64,000 bases of DNA, taken from the IMG/VR virus record IMGVR_UViG_3300032303_002003, positions 68,904-132,903 of that record; one strand, 5' to 3'. The translations under genes and the position numbers were made by a program. The notes beneath the pieces were generated by a model that saw only the letters and a list, made by a program, of their open reading frames with translations, had not been told where the DNA came from and did not search any database. The DNA comes from a virus (Duplodnaviria; Caudoviricetes). Shown here one piece after another: positions 20,541 through 29,724 of the stretch (positions are counted from its first letter, which is position 1; each line of letters opens with the position of its first letter).

Positions 20541-20978
20541 ATGAATAGTGAAATAATAAAGAATAAACTTGGTGATGAATCTATGTGGAATCAGCCAGGG
20601 TTTCCCGAATCTTTTGATAAATTCATTGAGGATAAAACATCTCCCATAGGTGAAGGAAATGACCCGTGGAAATACAACATTCCATTAAATGAATTATCCA
20701 TTAACGCATCGCAAGTAGAACAACCGGTGTTTGTATATAATGGACGTGTATATCAATCTCAAATTAGAAAAGAACCTTTATTAAGAACTCACGAATTAGA
20801 TAAAAACTTTTCAAATCTTGAGGATAATTCGCAAATAAAAAAAGAGTTGGAGGATTTTATAAACAACAACTACACCCATATCTACCAAGTTATTGAGGAG
20901 AGAATGGCGTCCTTTGTTGGTGATAATAGAGTAATGAATGAAGTTACATACATTATTAGAGGTGTTAAAATAATTTAA
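20541..20978 (+). CDS. hypothetical protein
   Basis: ORF track; preceded by the same ttaaaaaaatagaaagttATG junction as 20331. Confidence 0.6.
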   Translation: MNSEIIKNKLGDESMWNQPGFPESFDKFIEDKTSPIGEGNDPWKYNIPLNELSINASQVEQPVFVYNGRVYQSQIRKEPLLRTHELDKNFSNLEDNSQIKKELEDFINNNYTHIYQVIEERMASFVGDNRVMNEVTYIIRGVKII

Positions 20979-20980
20979 TT

Positions 20981-22135
20981 ATGAATATAGACAAACAATA
21001 CCAAAAATTACTTCAGGATATAATCCATAATGGAGTTGAAAAGAAAGACAGAACCGGTACAGGAACCATAAGTGTTTTCGGTAGACAAATCCGCCACAAA
21101 ATGAGTGAGGGATTTCCTTTACTAACTACAAAGAAAATGCATTGGAAGTCAATCGTAACAGAACTACTATGGTTCTTGCGTGGTGAAACCAATATCAAAC
21201 ATCTTGTCGATAATGGATGTCATATATGGGATGGTGATGCTTATAAGAGATATGTAAAATCATTCTTCGTTGGGGAATTAGCTAAAAACTATGAAAATGA
21301 TTTTGATGAGTATTATTTTAATATAATGGAACACCAAAACCTATTAGGATGGCCTCAGGAAGGACCGATATCAAAAGAAGAGTTCATCGGCAAAATCAAA
21401 ACCGATGATGAGTTTGCTAGTAAGTGGGGTGAATTAGGACCGATTTATGGTAGACAGTGGAGGGGATGGAAATATATGGGGCCTAAATCTCAAAAAGAGA
21501 TGTTAGATGAGAATACTAATTGGCCTTGGAAAATAACAGAAATAGACCAAATCGCAAACTCAATCAATTTGCTTAAAATAGACCCAGATTCTAGACGCAA
21601 TAAAGTTAATGCTTGGAATGTAGGTGAGTTAGACCAAATGGTACTTCCACCCTGTCATACTGATTTTCAATTTTATACGAGAGAGTTCCGTATAGATGAA
21701 CGATATAATTTGATTGAGAAAGATAAACATACTCAGTTTGCAAATTGGCAAGATTTAGGCACTGATAGATTAAAAGAGGTGTTAGATGAAAAAAATGTAC
21801 CAACCAGAGCAATCTCTTTAATGTGGAGTCAACGCTCAGTAGATACATTCCTTGGTTTACCATTCAATATAGCGTCTTATGGATTGCTACTTGAAATCAT
21901 AGCCAAAGAAGTTAATATGATTCCTGATGAATTGATTGGTAATTTGGGTGACGTTCATTTGTATAATAATCACAAAGAACAAGCGGTAGAACAAATTGGA
22001 AGAGACCCATATGAGTTACCAACATTAGAAATACACTCAAGTAAAATTGATGATATTGCACATCACGAAATTGCTGACTTTGAAATAAAAAACTATCAAT
22101 CACATCCAAGTATTAAAGCACCACTAAGTAATTAA
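20981..22135 (+). CDS. thyA: thymidylate synthase ThyA with insertions
   Basis: DRTGTGT, FPLLTTKK, ELLWFL, LGPIYGRQWR, DSRR, LPPCH, QRSVDTFLGLPFNIASY, GDVHLYNNH. Confidence 0.97.
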   Translation: MNIDKQYQKLLQDIIHNGVEKKDRTGTGTISVFGRQIRHKMSEGFPLLTTKKMHWKSIVTELLWFLRGETNIKHLVDNGCHIWDGDAYKRYVKSFFVGELAKNYENDFDEYYFNIMEHQNLLGWPQEGPISKEEFIGKIKTDDEFASKWGELGPIYGRQWRGWKYMGPKSQKEMLDENTNWPWKITEIDQIANSINLLKIDPDSRRNKVNAWNVGELDQMVLPPCHTDFQFYTREFRIDERYNLIEKDKHTQFANWQDLGTDRLKEVLDEKNVPTRAISLMWSQRSVDTFLGLPFNIASYGLLLEIIAKEVNMIPDELIGNLGDVHLYNNHKEQAVEQIGRDPYELPTLEIHSSKIDDIAHHEIADFEIKNYQSHPSIKAPLSN

Positions 22136-22138
22136 CCA

Positions 22139-22489
22139 ATGGAAATTAAAAAGATTACATATAATGATGTTGAGAATGAGTTTAAAGAACTCAAACCTGA
22201 CCTATTAGATAAACACGCCACTTACTACGGATGTTTAATTAAAAATGAATTGGTTGGCGTTGTGTCTTATGTGGAACACGAATCAGTAATCTACTTATGT
22301 CATGCTTATGTTAAAGAAGAACACAGAAATAAAGGGATATATAAACTATTGTGGAACTACAGAGATTCAAAAATTAAAGATACTGATAAGATAGTTTACG
22401 CACACTGCAATGTTGATAGCCTAAAACATTTTATAAATAATGGCTACACAATAGAGAAAGGATTGTTTAAAGTTGTTAAAACAAAATAA
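22139..22489 (+). CDS. GNAT-family acetyltransferase
   Basis: AYVKEEHRNKGIYKLL (motif A), SLKHFINNGY. Confidence 0.8.
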   Translation: MEIKKITYNDVENEFKELKPDLLDKHATYYGCLIKNELVGVVSYVEHESVIYLCHAYVKEEHRNKGIYKLLWNYRDSKIKDTDKIVYAHCNVDSLKHFINNGYTIEKGLFKVVKTK

Positions 22490-22492
22490 AAT

Positions 22493-22681
22493 ATGGAAAA
22501 TAATAAAATTGGTTCGGATATTGGATTAGAAGATAAAGTTTGTTATAATTGCCAACATCTTGCTTGGATGATTGGAATAGGTCAAGGATTAAAATGTACA
22601 AATCCGAAGAAAGAAAAAAAATACGAAACAATTCCAAGTATCAAACACACTTGCGAATTATTTAAATCAAAAAATAAATAA
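22493..22681 (+). CDS. small Cys4 zinc-binding protein
   Basis: CYNC...C...C. Confidence 0.6.
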   Translation: MENNKIGSDIGLEDKVCYNCQHLAWMIGIGQGLKCTNPKKEKKYETIPSIKHTCELFKSKNK

Positions 22682-22682
22682 T

Positions 22683-22916
22683 ATGAAAAAAATTTTATTT
22701 GTATTAGCATTAATAATCTCATTATCATCTTGTTATATTGAACCACCATATTATTCGCAGTGTGGAGAAGTTGTTGGGCCGGGATTTGTTCAGTATACAA
22801 GTTGGGGTTATAGATATTATCTACCTGTAAGAATGTATAATGGATTTGTTATGGATGTTCTTGTTGACCAATTCACTTTTAACAACGCAGGACCTGGAAT
22901 GAGAATTTGTTATTGA
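22683..22916 (+). CDS. putative lipoprotein
   Basis: MKKILFVLALIISLSSC lipobox. Confidence 0.7.
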   Translation: MKKILFVLALIISLSSCYIEPPYYSQCGEVVGPGFVQYTSWGYRYYLPVRMYNGFVMDVLVDQFTFNNAGPGMRICY

Positions 22917-22941
22917 TAAGAAATTATCTTATATTTGCATT

Positions 22942-23619
22942 ATGAAAAATTTACTACTACTATTAACAGTAACAACTATTTTAAGTTGTTCGAAAAATGA
23001 TGAAATTTCAAGACAAACGAGTAACGATGTTCCTCAGGTTCAAATTGGTTCACAAATTTGGGCTAAAAGAAATCTTGACGTATCAACCTACAGAAATGGA
23101 GATACAATCCCACAAGTAACCGACCCAACAGAATGGAGAAATTTAACCACAGGTGCTTGGTGTTATTATAACAATGACCCTGAAATGGGAAAAATTTATG
23201 GAAAGTTATATAATTGGGAAGCCGTTTCCGACCCAAGAGGACTCGCACCTCAAGGGTGGAAAATACCATCAGATTCTGATTGGACAATTCTAACTAATTA
23301 TTTGGGCGGTGACTCTCTTGCTGGTGTAAAATTAAAAGAAAGTGGTACAGAACATTGGATTATAAATTTTTATGGTACAAATAATTATGGTTTTAGTGCA
23401 CTTCCGAATGGAATTAGATGTGAAGATGGTGCGTTTTGTGTTTTAGGTATTAAATCTAACTGGTGGTCAAATACTTATTTACCACCACACGGTTGTTTTC
23501 CTGGTGGAGGCGTTACTAGAAGCTTATATGGTGAAGATTTTGGATTTTATCAAAATCAATTAAAAATGGGTGGTATGAAATATTTTTACGGATTATCTGT
23601 TAGATGTTTAAAAAATTAA
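22942..23619 (+). CDS. FISUMP (Fibrobacter succinogenes major paralogous) domain lipoprotein
   Basis: Lipobox ILSC; VQIGSQIWAKRNL, YGKLYNW, PQGWKIPS..DW, GFSALP.G, GLSVRCLK. Confidence 0.9.
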   Translation: MKNLLLLLTVTTILSCSKNDEISRQTSNDVPQVQIGSQIWAKRNLDVSTYRNGDTIPQVTDPTEWRNLTTGAWCYYNNDPEMGKIYGKLYNWEAVSDPRGLAPQGWKIPSDSDWTILTNYLGGDSLAGVKLKESGTEHWIINFYGTNNYGFSALPNGIRCEDGAFCVLGIKSNWWSNTYLPPHGCFPGGGVTRSLYGEDFGFYQNQLKMGGMKYFYGLSVRCLKN

Positions 23620-23632
23620 TTATATTTGTATT

Positions 23633-23842
23633 ATGGAAAACAAAAAATCTTTAGACGAATTAGAAGACTCGGGTGATTTAATGGAATATCTTAAGTCAGA
23701 GAGGTTCCAACAAGAAATGCTTGAAAGAATAAAAGAAAGTACTTGGGAAGAAGGGCTTCCTATGATTTATATGGATAAAGAAGGGTGGTTGGTTAAAGAG
23801 TGGAAAGATGGAAAAATTGAAAAAGTAAAAAAATTGCAATGA
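23633..23842 (+). CDS. hypothetical protein
   Basis: TATATTTG 4 nt upstream of ATG. Confidence 0.65.
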   Translation: MENKKSLDELEDSGDLMEYLKSERFQQEMLERIKESTWEEGLPMIYMDKEGWLVKEWKDGKIEKVKKLQ

Positions 23843-24255
23843 AAAAATTATTCTTGGACGACATCAGGGTTCCTTTTGACTGCGCAAAATATATGCGTCC
23901 TGACGACTTAAAATATATGTATGAGGATGAGGAGTGGGATATTGTAAGAACTTATAATGATTTTGTTGGGTATATTGAACATTTCGGTGTGCCTGATTTA
24001 ATCTCATTTGACCACGACTTGGCCGACGAACACTACTCACCTATGATGTATGATAATAGTTCATTATATAATCAGTTATACGATGAATTCAAAGAAAAAA
24101 CCGGCTATGATTGTGCCAAATGGTTATGTAATTACTGTTCTGAAAACGGATTACCTTTACCAACATATTTGGTTCATTCAATGAATCCTGTCGGTAGGGA
24201 TAATATCTTGGGAGTTTTTAAGAACTTTGAAAGATTTGAAAAAAGGGTGAAGTAA
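23839..24255 (+). CDS. cyclic-phosphate processing receiver-domain protein
   Basis: LFLDDIR, ISFDHDL, TGYDCAKWL, VHSMNPVG. Confidence 0.8.
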   Translation: MKKLFLDDIRVPFDCAKYMRPDDLKYMYEDEEWDIVRTYNDFVGYIEHFGVPDLISFDHDLADEHYSPMMYDNSSLYNQLYDEFKEKTGYDCAKWLCNYCSENGLPLPTYLVHSMNPVGRDNILGVFKNFERFEKRVK

Positions 24256-24270
24256 TTTTCACCTTTTTTT
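24241..24270 (+). terminator. intrinsic terminator
   Basis: AAAAGGGTGAA-loop-TTCACCTTTT plus T run. Confidence 0.65.
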
Positions 24271-24284
24271 TATATTTATTGTTT

Positions 24285-24902
24285 ATGGAGAATGCAAGTT
24301 TATTTCACAACTACTCAAAAAAACATTTGGCTTTTATTATAAGTGAGCTCATTAATAATAATTTTGATTTTACTGACCCATATGCGGATGATTATAATAT
24401 AAATATTCTTGAGGATGCGGTAAAACCATTTGGTGAATCAATATCAGATATTGATATGGAGTTTTTTTCAAAACTAATTCAAAACGATGAGGGGTTGGCG
24501 GTTGAGATTTCAAATTCAAAATCAAGTAAATCTTTATATGAAAGATTGGAAATACCAAAAGTAGACAAATATAATGTACACTGGAAAGAGAGAGGTTCTT
24601 GTACTTATGAAAGATTTTTTAGAGATACTTGGGATTCATACGATAAAGATTGGGTTGAATACGCAATTGATAAGGCACATAATGATGGAAATTATGAAAA
24701 ATGGAGTGCAGAATACGATACAGATTATGAGAATTTTGAATCTTATGATGATGTTTTCACAAGTGTTGAAAAAATTGTAGAAACAAAACAATCAGGAATT
24801 GATAAACTTGTAATTGAAAATACAAGTTATGCGATTGATTCACTTGATAGAAAATCTTTAATTATTCTTAAAAGTATAATTGATAAGAAGTTAGGACTTT
24901 AA
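24285..24902 (+). CDS. acidic hypothetical protein
   Basis: ATG 5 nt after TATTTAT (24273-24279). Confidence 0.65.
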   Translation: MENASLFHNYSKKHLAFIISELINNNFDFTDPYADDYNINILEDAVKPFGESISDIDMEFFSKLIQNDEGLAVEISNSKSSKSLYERLEIPKVDKYNVHWKERGSCTYERFFRDTWDSYDKDWVEYAIDKAHNDGNYEKWSAEYDTDYENFESYDDVFTSVEKIVETKQSGIDKLVIENTSYAIDSLDRKSLIILKSIIDKKLGL

Positions 24903-25109
24903 CTTCTTTTTTTGGTCTGCAAGGTCTCCTAAAGTCATCTTTTTTTGATTCCACGGATTGAAACTTCTCTTCCACTTATATTCCACGTTTATAGGTCCAT
25001 AAGGGTTCTTATTTAAGTCGTATTTCCAAATTGAAGTACATTCGTCATCTTCATAGATACGTTCAAATTTGGTGGGTTTCTCTACTTTTGGGTTGATTGA
25101 TACTGCCAT
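24891..25109 (-). CDS. hypothetical protein
   Basis: ORF track. Confidence 0.6.
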   Translation of the reverse strand: MAVSINPKVEKPTKFERIYEDDECTSIWKYDLNKNPYGPINVEYKWKRSFNPWNQKKMTLGDLADQKKKLKS

Positions 25110-25110
25110 A

Positions 25111-26049
25111 TTAAATACATTTTTGAACTAGTGATGAAATTGGTTTTGGTGGTACCTTTTTATCGTGAAAATAATAAAACTCTCCTTCAGATGGAAATAC
25201 TGAAATACCTTTATAAGGTATTGATTTTAACGCATCATTCTGGTTTGATTTAACTTGTATTGAAAACCAAATATTTCTACATTTCATCGCACCATCAAAT
25301 CCTGCTCTATCTACAAAATTACCACCGCCTGAAAAAATCCTTAAATTTTCTTCACTCACACCTAATTGTCTTAACTGATTAAAAAATTTATTTTCAACTT
25401 CTTGTCCTCCACCCCAAGTTTTTGAAAAAATAGTTTGTTTATAATTTTCTCTATCAATCAATATCGCTCTTAATAAATCGTGAGCGGCCATTGAGTCCGA
25501 ACCACCACTATAATATTCTTCTAAAAAATCATCAACATTTATTTCTGTATTAGAATCAATTCTATTGTTAATTAAATTAATCCACAGAATAATATTATTA
25601 TCAAACATATTAACAATACTCCATTCGTCGTCTTTTTCGTGAAATAAAACAATAAATTTTGAATTTGGATTAACTAATTGTAATTCTAAAAAATCTAAAT
25701 TTTCTTTTAAATCATTTCTTTTTGAATTTGATAATTCTAAATTATCAAAAACAAAATTAATATCCTCTATATTTTTTTTAATAAACTCAGCACTAGGAAC
25801 TTTTAATTGTAAACCATGCTTTTCTAACCAATAATTTATTTTTCTATTAGTATTAGGTTCAATATAATTTTTAATATCACTAAAAATTTTCACACCCGAA
25901 CCTTTAATTTTATCTTTCTGAGAATCAGTTAAAGAGTTATAGGTTAATTTCTTTAAATTTGGTTTTTTTTCAGTATTATTATCTTCCATAATAGTTCTTT
26001 TCACCAAAGATACTAACTCAGATTCACTTAACCTAATAATTTTTTTCAT
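25111..26049 (-). CDS. leader-bearing protein with C-terminal PD-(D/E)XK nuclease-like domain
   Basis: MKKIIRLSESELVSLVKR leader; GQEVE...VDRAGFDG...IQVKS. Confidence 0.65.
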   Translation of the reverse strand: MKKIIRLSESELVSLVKRTIMEDNNTEKKPNLKKLTYNSLTDSQKDKIKGSGVKIFSDIKNYIEPNTNRKINYWLEKHGLQLKVPSAEFIKKNIEDINFVFDNLELSNSKRNDLKENLDFLELQLVNPNSKFIVLFHEKDDEWSIVNMFDNNIILWINLINNRIDSNTEINVDDFLEEYYSGGSDSMAAHDLLRAILIDRENYKQTIFSKTWGGGQEVENKFFNQLRQLGVSEENLRIFSGGGNFVDRAGFDGAMKCRNIWFSIQVKSNQNDALKSIPYKGISVFPSEGEFYYFHDKKVPPKPISSLVQKCI

Positions 26050-26074
26050 ATTTCTATAAATACTATGTAAAAAT

Positions 26075-26104
26075 AAAAAACCCCACTCTTTTGAAGTGGG
26101 GTTT
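26075..26104 (-). terminator. intrinsic terminator (CCCCACT family)
   Basis: AAACCCCACT...AGTGGGGTTT. Confidence 0.7.
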
Positions 26105-26111
26105 AATGTTT

Positions 26112-26387
26112 TTACTCAGCTGGAGGAGGTGGAGGTGTGTCATCAGGGTTTGTTGGTTTTTTTCCCCATATTTTATCAACAGAGGATAAACCCAAACATC
26201 CAAAAGCCAACATAGCCACAGCATCTACTAACGGAGTTGATGGTGCAATGTGTTGTTCTGTGAAACTATTTTGATACAAAGTCGCACAAAGTGTGATTGT
26301 ACAAAAAAGTCCACAAAGACGCTTCATTGAAACATTTCCGTGTTCATCTGAGAATAAACTTCTGATAGAATTAAAAAGTCCTTTCAT
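26112..26387 (-). CDS. two-TM membrane protein, holin-like
   Basis: SMKRLCGLFC.., AFGCLGLSSVDK; two hydrophobic helices. Confidence 0.55.
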   Translation of the reverse strand: MKGLFNSIRSLFSDEHGNVSMKRLCGLFCTITLCATLYQNSFTEQHIAPSTPLVDAVAMLAFGCLGLSSVDKIWGKKPTNPDDTPPPPPAE

Positions 26388-26450
26388 AATATTGGTAATT
26401 TACTTACCAATAAATAGTTTCAAAAAGTAAATAGTTAATACTATTTTTTG

Positions 26451-26525
26451 TGGTAGGACCAAGAATCGAACTTGGGGCACACGACATCTCTGCACGCTGC
26501 TCTAACCCACTGAGCTATCACTACC
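26451..26525 (-). tRNA. tRNA-like RNA with non-canonical anticodon arm
   Basis: Acceptor GGTAG(T)GA/TCCTACC, D-arm TAGCTCAGTGGGTTAGAGC, T-arm CCAAG-TTCGATT-CTTGG; anticodon arm does not form a 5-bp stem with 7-nt loop; CCA not encoded. Confidence 0.75.
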
Positions 26526-26529
26526 ATTA

Positions 26530-26820
26530 TTAATTTATTAAATTCCCGTCAATATATTTTTTAATTGTTCTTCTCAAAGTTGGTTCGTCAATATCATTCC
26601 ATTTACCATCTTCCAAATTGAAAATTTTATTAACCATATTTTTTTTATTTCCGGTTAATATTTTCCTTTTGTCATCAATTGTTATAAAATGAACGATATT
26701 ATCAAGTATTTTTTGAGAATCTACGGGGTACGCTCTTTTAAGATGTCTTAAAAACTCATCCGAAGTATTATCTTGATATTTTGATAAAATTTGTTTTTTT
26801 TCTTCTTCGCTAATGAACAT
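26530..26820 (-). CDS. leader-bearing (ISEEEKKQIL) hypothetical protein
   Basis: Start at MFISEEE, TATTTAT 4 nt upstream. Confidence 0.65.
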   Translation of the reverse strand: MFISEEEKKQILSKYQDNTSDEFLRHLKRAYPVDSQKILDNIVHFITIDDKRKILTGNKKNMVNKIFNLEDGKWNDIDEPTLRRTIKKYIDGNLIN

Positions 26821-26856
26821 AATGATAAATATAATATTTATTTTAAAAATAATCAA

Positions 26857-26979
26857 ATGGCAAAAGGTTCTAATGACTCAAGAAAATTAACTTTCGGTAA
26901 AAGAAAAAAAGGTGCAGCTAAAAAAGCGTTTAACAAACATAATAAAAGACCGAAAAAATACGTGGGGCAAGGTAGATAA
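26857..26979 (+). CDS. small basic protein ending KKYVGQGR
   Basis: 40 aa Lys/Arg-rich; YxGQGR ending seen in many phage small basic proteins; TATTTAT upstream. Confidence 0.7.
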   Translation: MAKGSNDSRKLTFGKRKKGAAKKAFNKHNKRPKKYVGQGR

Positions 26980-27006
26980 TTTCTAATCCTATCTTATATT
27001 TTTAAT

Positions 27007-27291
27007 ATGGACCCGAAAAAAAGGCTTTTTCGACTGATAGAGGTGTACCTTAATGAGTACAGAAAAAATGAAGTGGAAGAGATATATGGAAAGGGTACCA
27101 AAATTAAAATCCACACAATAAATCATAGTATTACAACAAACTCACTTTTAATTGAGGCGGTTATTTATCTTGGAGATATAATAACTGAAGAAGTTATGGA
27201 TAGGGAACTTGCAGATATTATAATACAAGAAGCTCTTGATTATTTTTATCCTGAATGTTCTATTAAAACTATGGTCCGGTGGGATGCTTAA
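27007..27291 (+). CDS. hypothetical protein
   Basis: ORF track. Confidence 0.65.
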   Translation: MDPKKRLFRLIEVYLNEYRKNEVEEIYGKGTKIKIHTINHSITTNSLLIEAVIYLGDIITEEVMDRELADIIIQEALDYFYPECSIKTMVRWDA

Positions 27292-27584
27292 TCTTTTAAC
27301 TTATGTAATTCCGAATTTTCTTTTTGTAGAAATTCAACTTTAACCGCTAACGCCGCAACTTGTTCCGTCAATCTTAAAATAGTAGTACGCATTTCATCTT
27401 TTTCTTTACTACTTTCAATCAACAAAGCTTCCAATTTAGCAATTCTTTCTCTACATTCATCACGAAGATATCCTTCATCTTTTTCTTTTCTTTGAGCTCT
27501 TCTTTCATAAAATCTCCAAGCGGAAGACGAACCCAATACTGTTACAGCTGTTACAATTGCGGTCCAAATAGTTTCTTGATTCAT
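27288..27584 (-). CDS. N-terminal TM plus coiled-coil protein (possible lysis accessory)
   Basis: TIWTAIVTAVTVLGSSSAW then heptad-rich region. Confidence 0.6.
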   Translation of the reverse strand: MNQETIWTAIVTAVTVLGSSSAWRFYERRAQRKEKDEGYLRDECRERIAKLEALLIESSKEKDEMRTTILRLTEQVAALAVKVEFLQKENSELHKLKD

Positions 27585-27632
27585 AGGCAGTTTTATAATA
27601 TAAATAATAAATATTTCAAAATAATTAAAAAA

Positions 27633-28139
27633 CTAATTATGAGCATAAATTAAACAACCATTTTTAATTTTATCAATTAAAATATTATTTACTGAATCAG
27701 GAGTTGAAAAACAACCCCAGGACCACGGTTTAGTCATTTTTTTTGTTGAGTGAAATATTATTGCTCTTTTTTCGGCGTTTGAATTTAATTCTTTATCTAA
27801 ACCACTAATAATTAATGAATATCCATAATATCCATAATATGTATTTTTTGTTACAAATGCACCTAAACTTGTTTTTTTTGAATTAATTGTATTACTAAAT
27901 TCTTTTGCATATTCATCACCACTATTATATGCGTGACTAACCACACTTTTTAATATGATTTTTTGATTTTTCATATCTACTAAAAATAGTCTTTTTTCAT
28001 ATATTGATTTTGTGAAATCAATAATTACAACATAATCTTTATTAGGGGTATTATATTTTTTTTGAATTTGATTTGCTAAATCAAGGATGCTGTCTTTTGG
28101 TTGACAAAAAACTGATAATAAAATAAATAATAGTTTCAT
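27633..28139 (-). CDS. murein L,D-transpeptidase catalytic domain protein (YkuD_2-like), secreted
   Basis: IIDF.K...KRLF, VSH..NSG, TSLGAF.T, RAIIFH, WSWGC; signal-like N-terminus. Confidence 0.85.
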   Translation of the reverse strand: MKLLFILLSVFCQPKDSILDLANQIQKKYNTPNKDYVVIIDFTKSIYEKRLFLVDMKNQKIILKSVVSHAYNSGDEYAKEFSNTINSKKTSLGAFVTKNTYYGYYGYSLIISGLDKELNSNAEKRAIIFHSTKKMTKPWSWGCFSTPDSVNNILIDKIKNGCLIYAHN

Positions 28140-28189
28140 AATTAATATTTTTACAAAAATAAAAATAAATTATGAAACTACAAAAAAAA

Positions 28190-29203
28190 TTAAGAATATT
28201 TTACTGTAAGTGGGATTCTTTTACTACCGGTTCTTGCCAACCAAGTGGTATAATATTTTGCAAAATCGGGCATCTGATTTGTCAAATCAATACATCCGGA
28301 GGAACCTGCTATTCCTCCTCCGTGAACGTAAAAACTACCTCTACCGTAAGTATTAGTGTTTTTATCCGGTGAAATAGGGGCTCTATAATCACCCCAAGCA
28401 ATTCTATCATCAACACTGCCAGAATTCCAATCGTGACCGGCATCTTCATTTTCTCTCCTCATTTTATATAAATCCCAAATGTTTTTAACACCATTTATTA
28501 ACTTTTCAGCCTTTTCACCTGTTCTTGTTTGTACTGTCCCTAAAGTATAACTACCTTCAGGTAAGGGTCCCTCACTTTTTATTTTAGAATATTCTTTTGG
28601 TGATTTAACATATTCAGGATTTGCTCCGTAACCTGATACCCAATCTTTTTGTTCCGGGCTATTAGTTGCCGGTAAAGGTTGTCTTCCACTAACCGCCGAC
28701 CATTGTTTAACTGTTTTACCACCACTTAACCAAGATAATGTTTTACCATTAAAATATAAACTAGAGTCAGGTTCTTTGGTTATTTTTGGTGAAGGAACAT
28801 TATTATCATAAATTTTTTCTATTTTTTTTGCAACTTCTTTAGTTCCTGTAGATTTTGGTTCTGATGTTTTTGGTTTTGAACAACTTTGTTTTAAAGGTTC
28901 GCATCCTAATTTTGGTGCGGTAAGAACTCCAACAAACCCTGTTTGTTTAATTCCATTTTTTTTCTGAAATGCAATTACTGCTTGTCTAGTTTTTTCACCA
29001 TAAATTCCGTCAATACCATCTTTATTTGGTCCAGTTGTACCCAAAAAAGAACCAAACCCCTTATCTTTTAGTGATGATTGAATACATTCAATATTATTTT
29101 GTGGACATTGACTCAAATCAGGTATTACTGGTGAATCTTCATTTAAAAATTCACGAATAAGTTTAGTTAATTCAGATTCAGTAAGAGTTATAATTTTTTT
29201 CAT
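28190..29203 (-). CDS. leader plus PG-binding plus Tlde1/DUF2778-like L,D-transpeptidase-fold protein
   Basis: MKKIITLTESEL leader; DGIYGEKTRQAVIAFQ; GPLPEGSY, GRGSFYVHGG, GSSGCI. Confidence 0.8.
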   Translation of the reverse strand: MKKIITLTESELTKLIREFLNEDSPVIPDLSQCPQNNIECIQSSLKDKGFGSFLGTTGPNKDGIDGIYGEKTRQAVIAFQKKNGIKQTGFVGVLTAPKLGCEPLKQSCSKPKTSEPKSTGTKEVAKKIEKIYDNNVPSPKITKEPDSSLYFNGKTLSWLSGGKTVKQWSAVSGRQPLPATNSPEQKDWVSGYGANPEYVKSPKEYSKIKSEGPLPEGSYTLGTVQTRTGEKAEKLINGVKNIWDLYKMRRENEDAGHDWNSGSVDDRIAWGDYRAPISPDKNTNTYGRGSFYVHGGGIAGSSGCIDLTNQMPDFAKYYTTWLARTGSKRIPLTVKYS

Positions 29204-29208
29204 ATTTT

Positions 29209-29703
29209 TTAATCCCCTTTTATTATTGATAAGGAATGTTTTAAAAATTCTTTTGCTCTTGGGTCAATATGATTAAATGACATTACTTTTTCAATATCAC
29301 TAACCAATTCTTCTCCATGCTCATTCTCTTTATATAATTCAATTATTTTATCCATAGCTCTATTACATTCTTTACTCTGTTCCTCAAAATAATTATATGG
29401 TTTATAAGCCTTTAATGTGTTCATTACATTATTAGCCAAATGAACTCCACCATCATTAACTTTTTCTAAAGTATGGTATGACCTAAGAGTTTCTAACGCA
29501 TCTGTTAAACCTCTAACACCATTTTTTCTTAATTTAATTCCATCAACATAGTCCTCATATTCATCTTCCCCCATAACCTCATCTAATGACTTGGTGTTTC
29601 CTTTATGGCAAAACCTTTTTTCTTCGGAGGTTTTTTGTTCAAAGAAATAATTCTTTCTTATTTCTTTTCTTTCTTCTTCTGTGAGTGTAAATCTTTTATT
29701 CAT
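29209..29703 (-). CDS. leader-bearing (LTEEERKEIR) hypothetical protein
   Basis: ORF track; TATTTAT 5 nt upstream. Confidence 0.65.
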   Translation of the reverse strand: MNKRFTLTEEERKEIRKNYFFEQKTSEEKRFCHKGNTKSLDEVMGEDEYEDYVDGIKLRKNGVRGLTDALETLRSYHTLEKVNDGGVHLANNVMNTLKAYKPYNYFEEQSKECNRAMDKIIELYKENEHGEELVSDIEKVMSFNHIDPRAKEFLKHSLSIIKGD

Positions 29704-29708
29704 ACTTT

Positions 29709-29720
29709 ATAAATATTTAT
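29709..29720. promoter_or_regulatory. palindromic ATAAATATTTAT, overlapping divergent TATTTAT motifs
   Basis: Perfect 12-bp palindrome, 5 nt and 4 nt from two divergent ATGs. Confidence 0.6.
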
Positions 29721-29724
29721 GTTT

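Noticed and set aside
20981-22135. Intron or intein in thyA
   Set aside because: Reading frame is continuous; insertions are short and lack intein C/S...HN ends.
26451-26525. Functional tRNA-Leu(GAG) or suppressor tRNA
   Set aside because: No U33, mismatched canonical anticodon stem, no long variable arm, anticodon not complementary to a stop codon.
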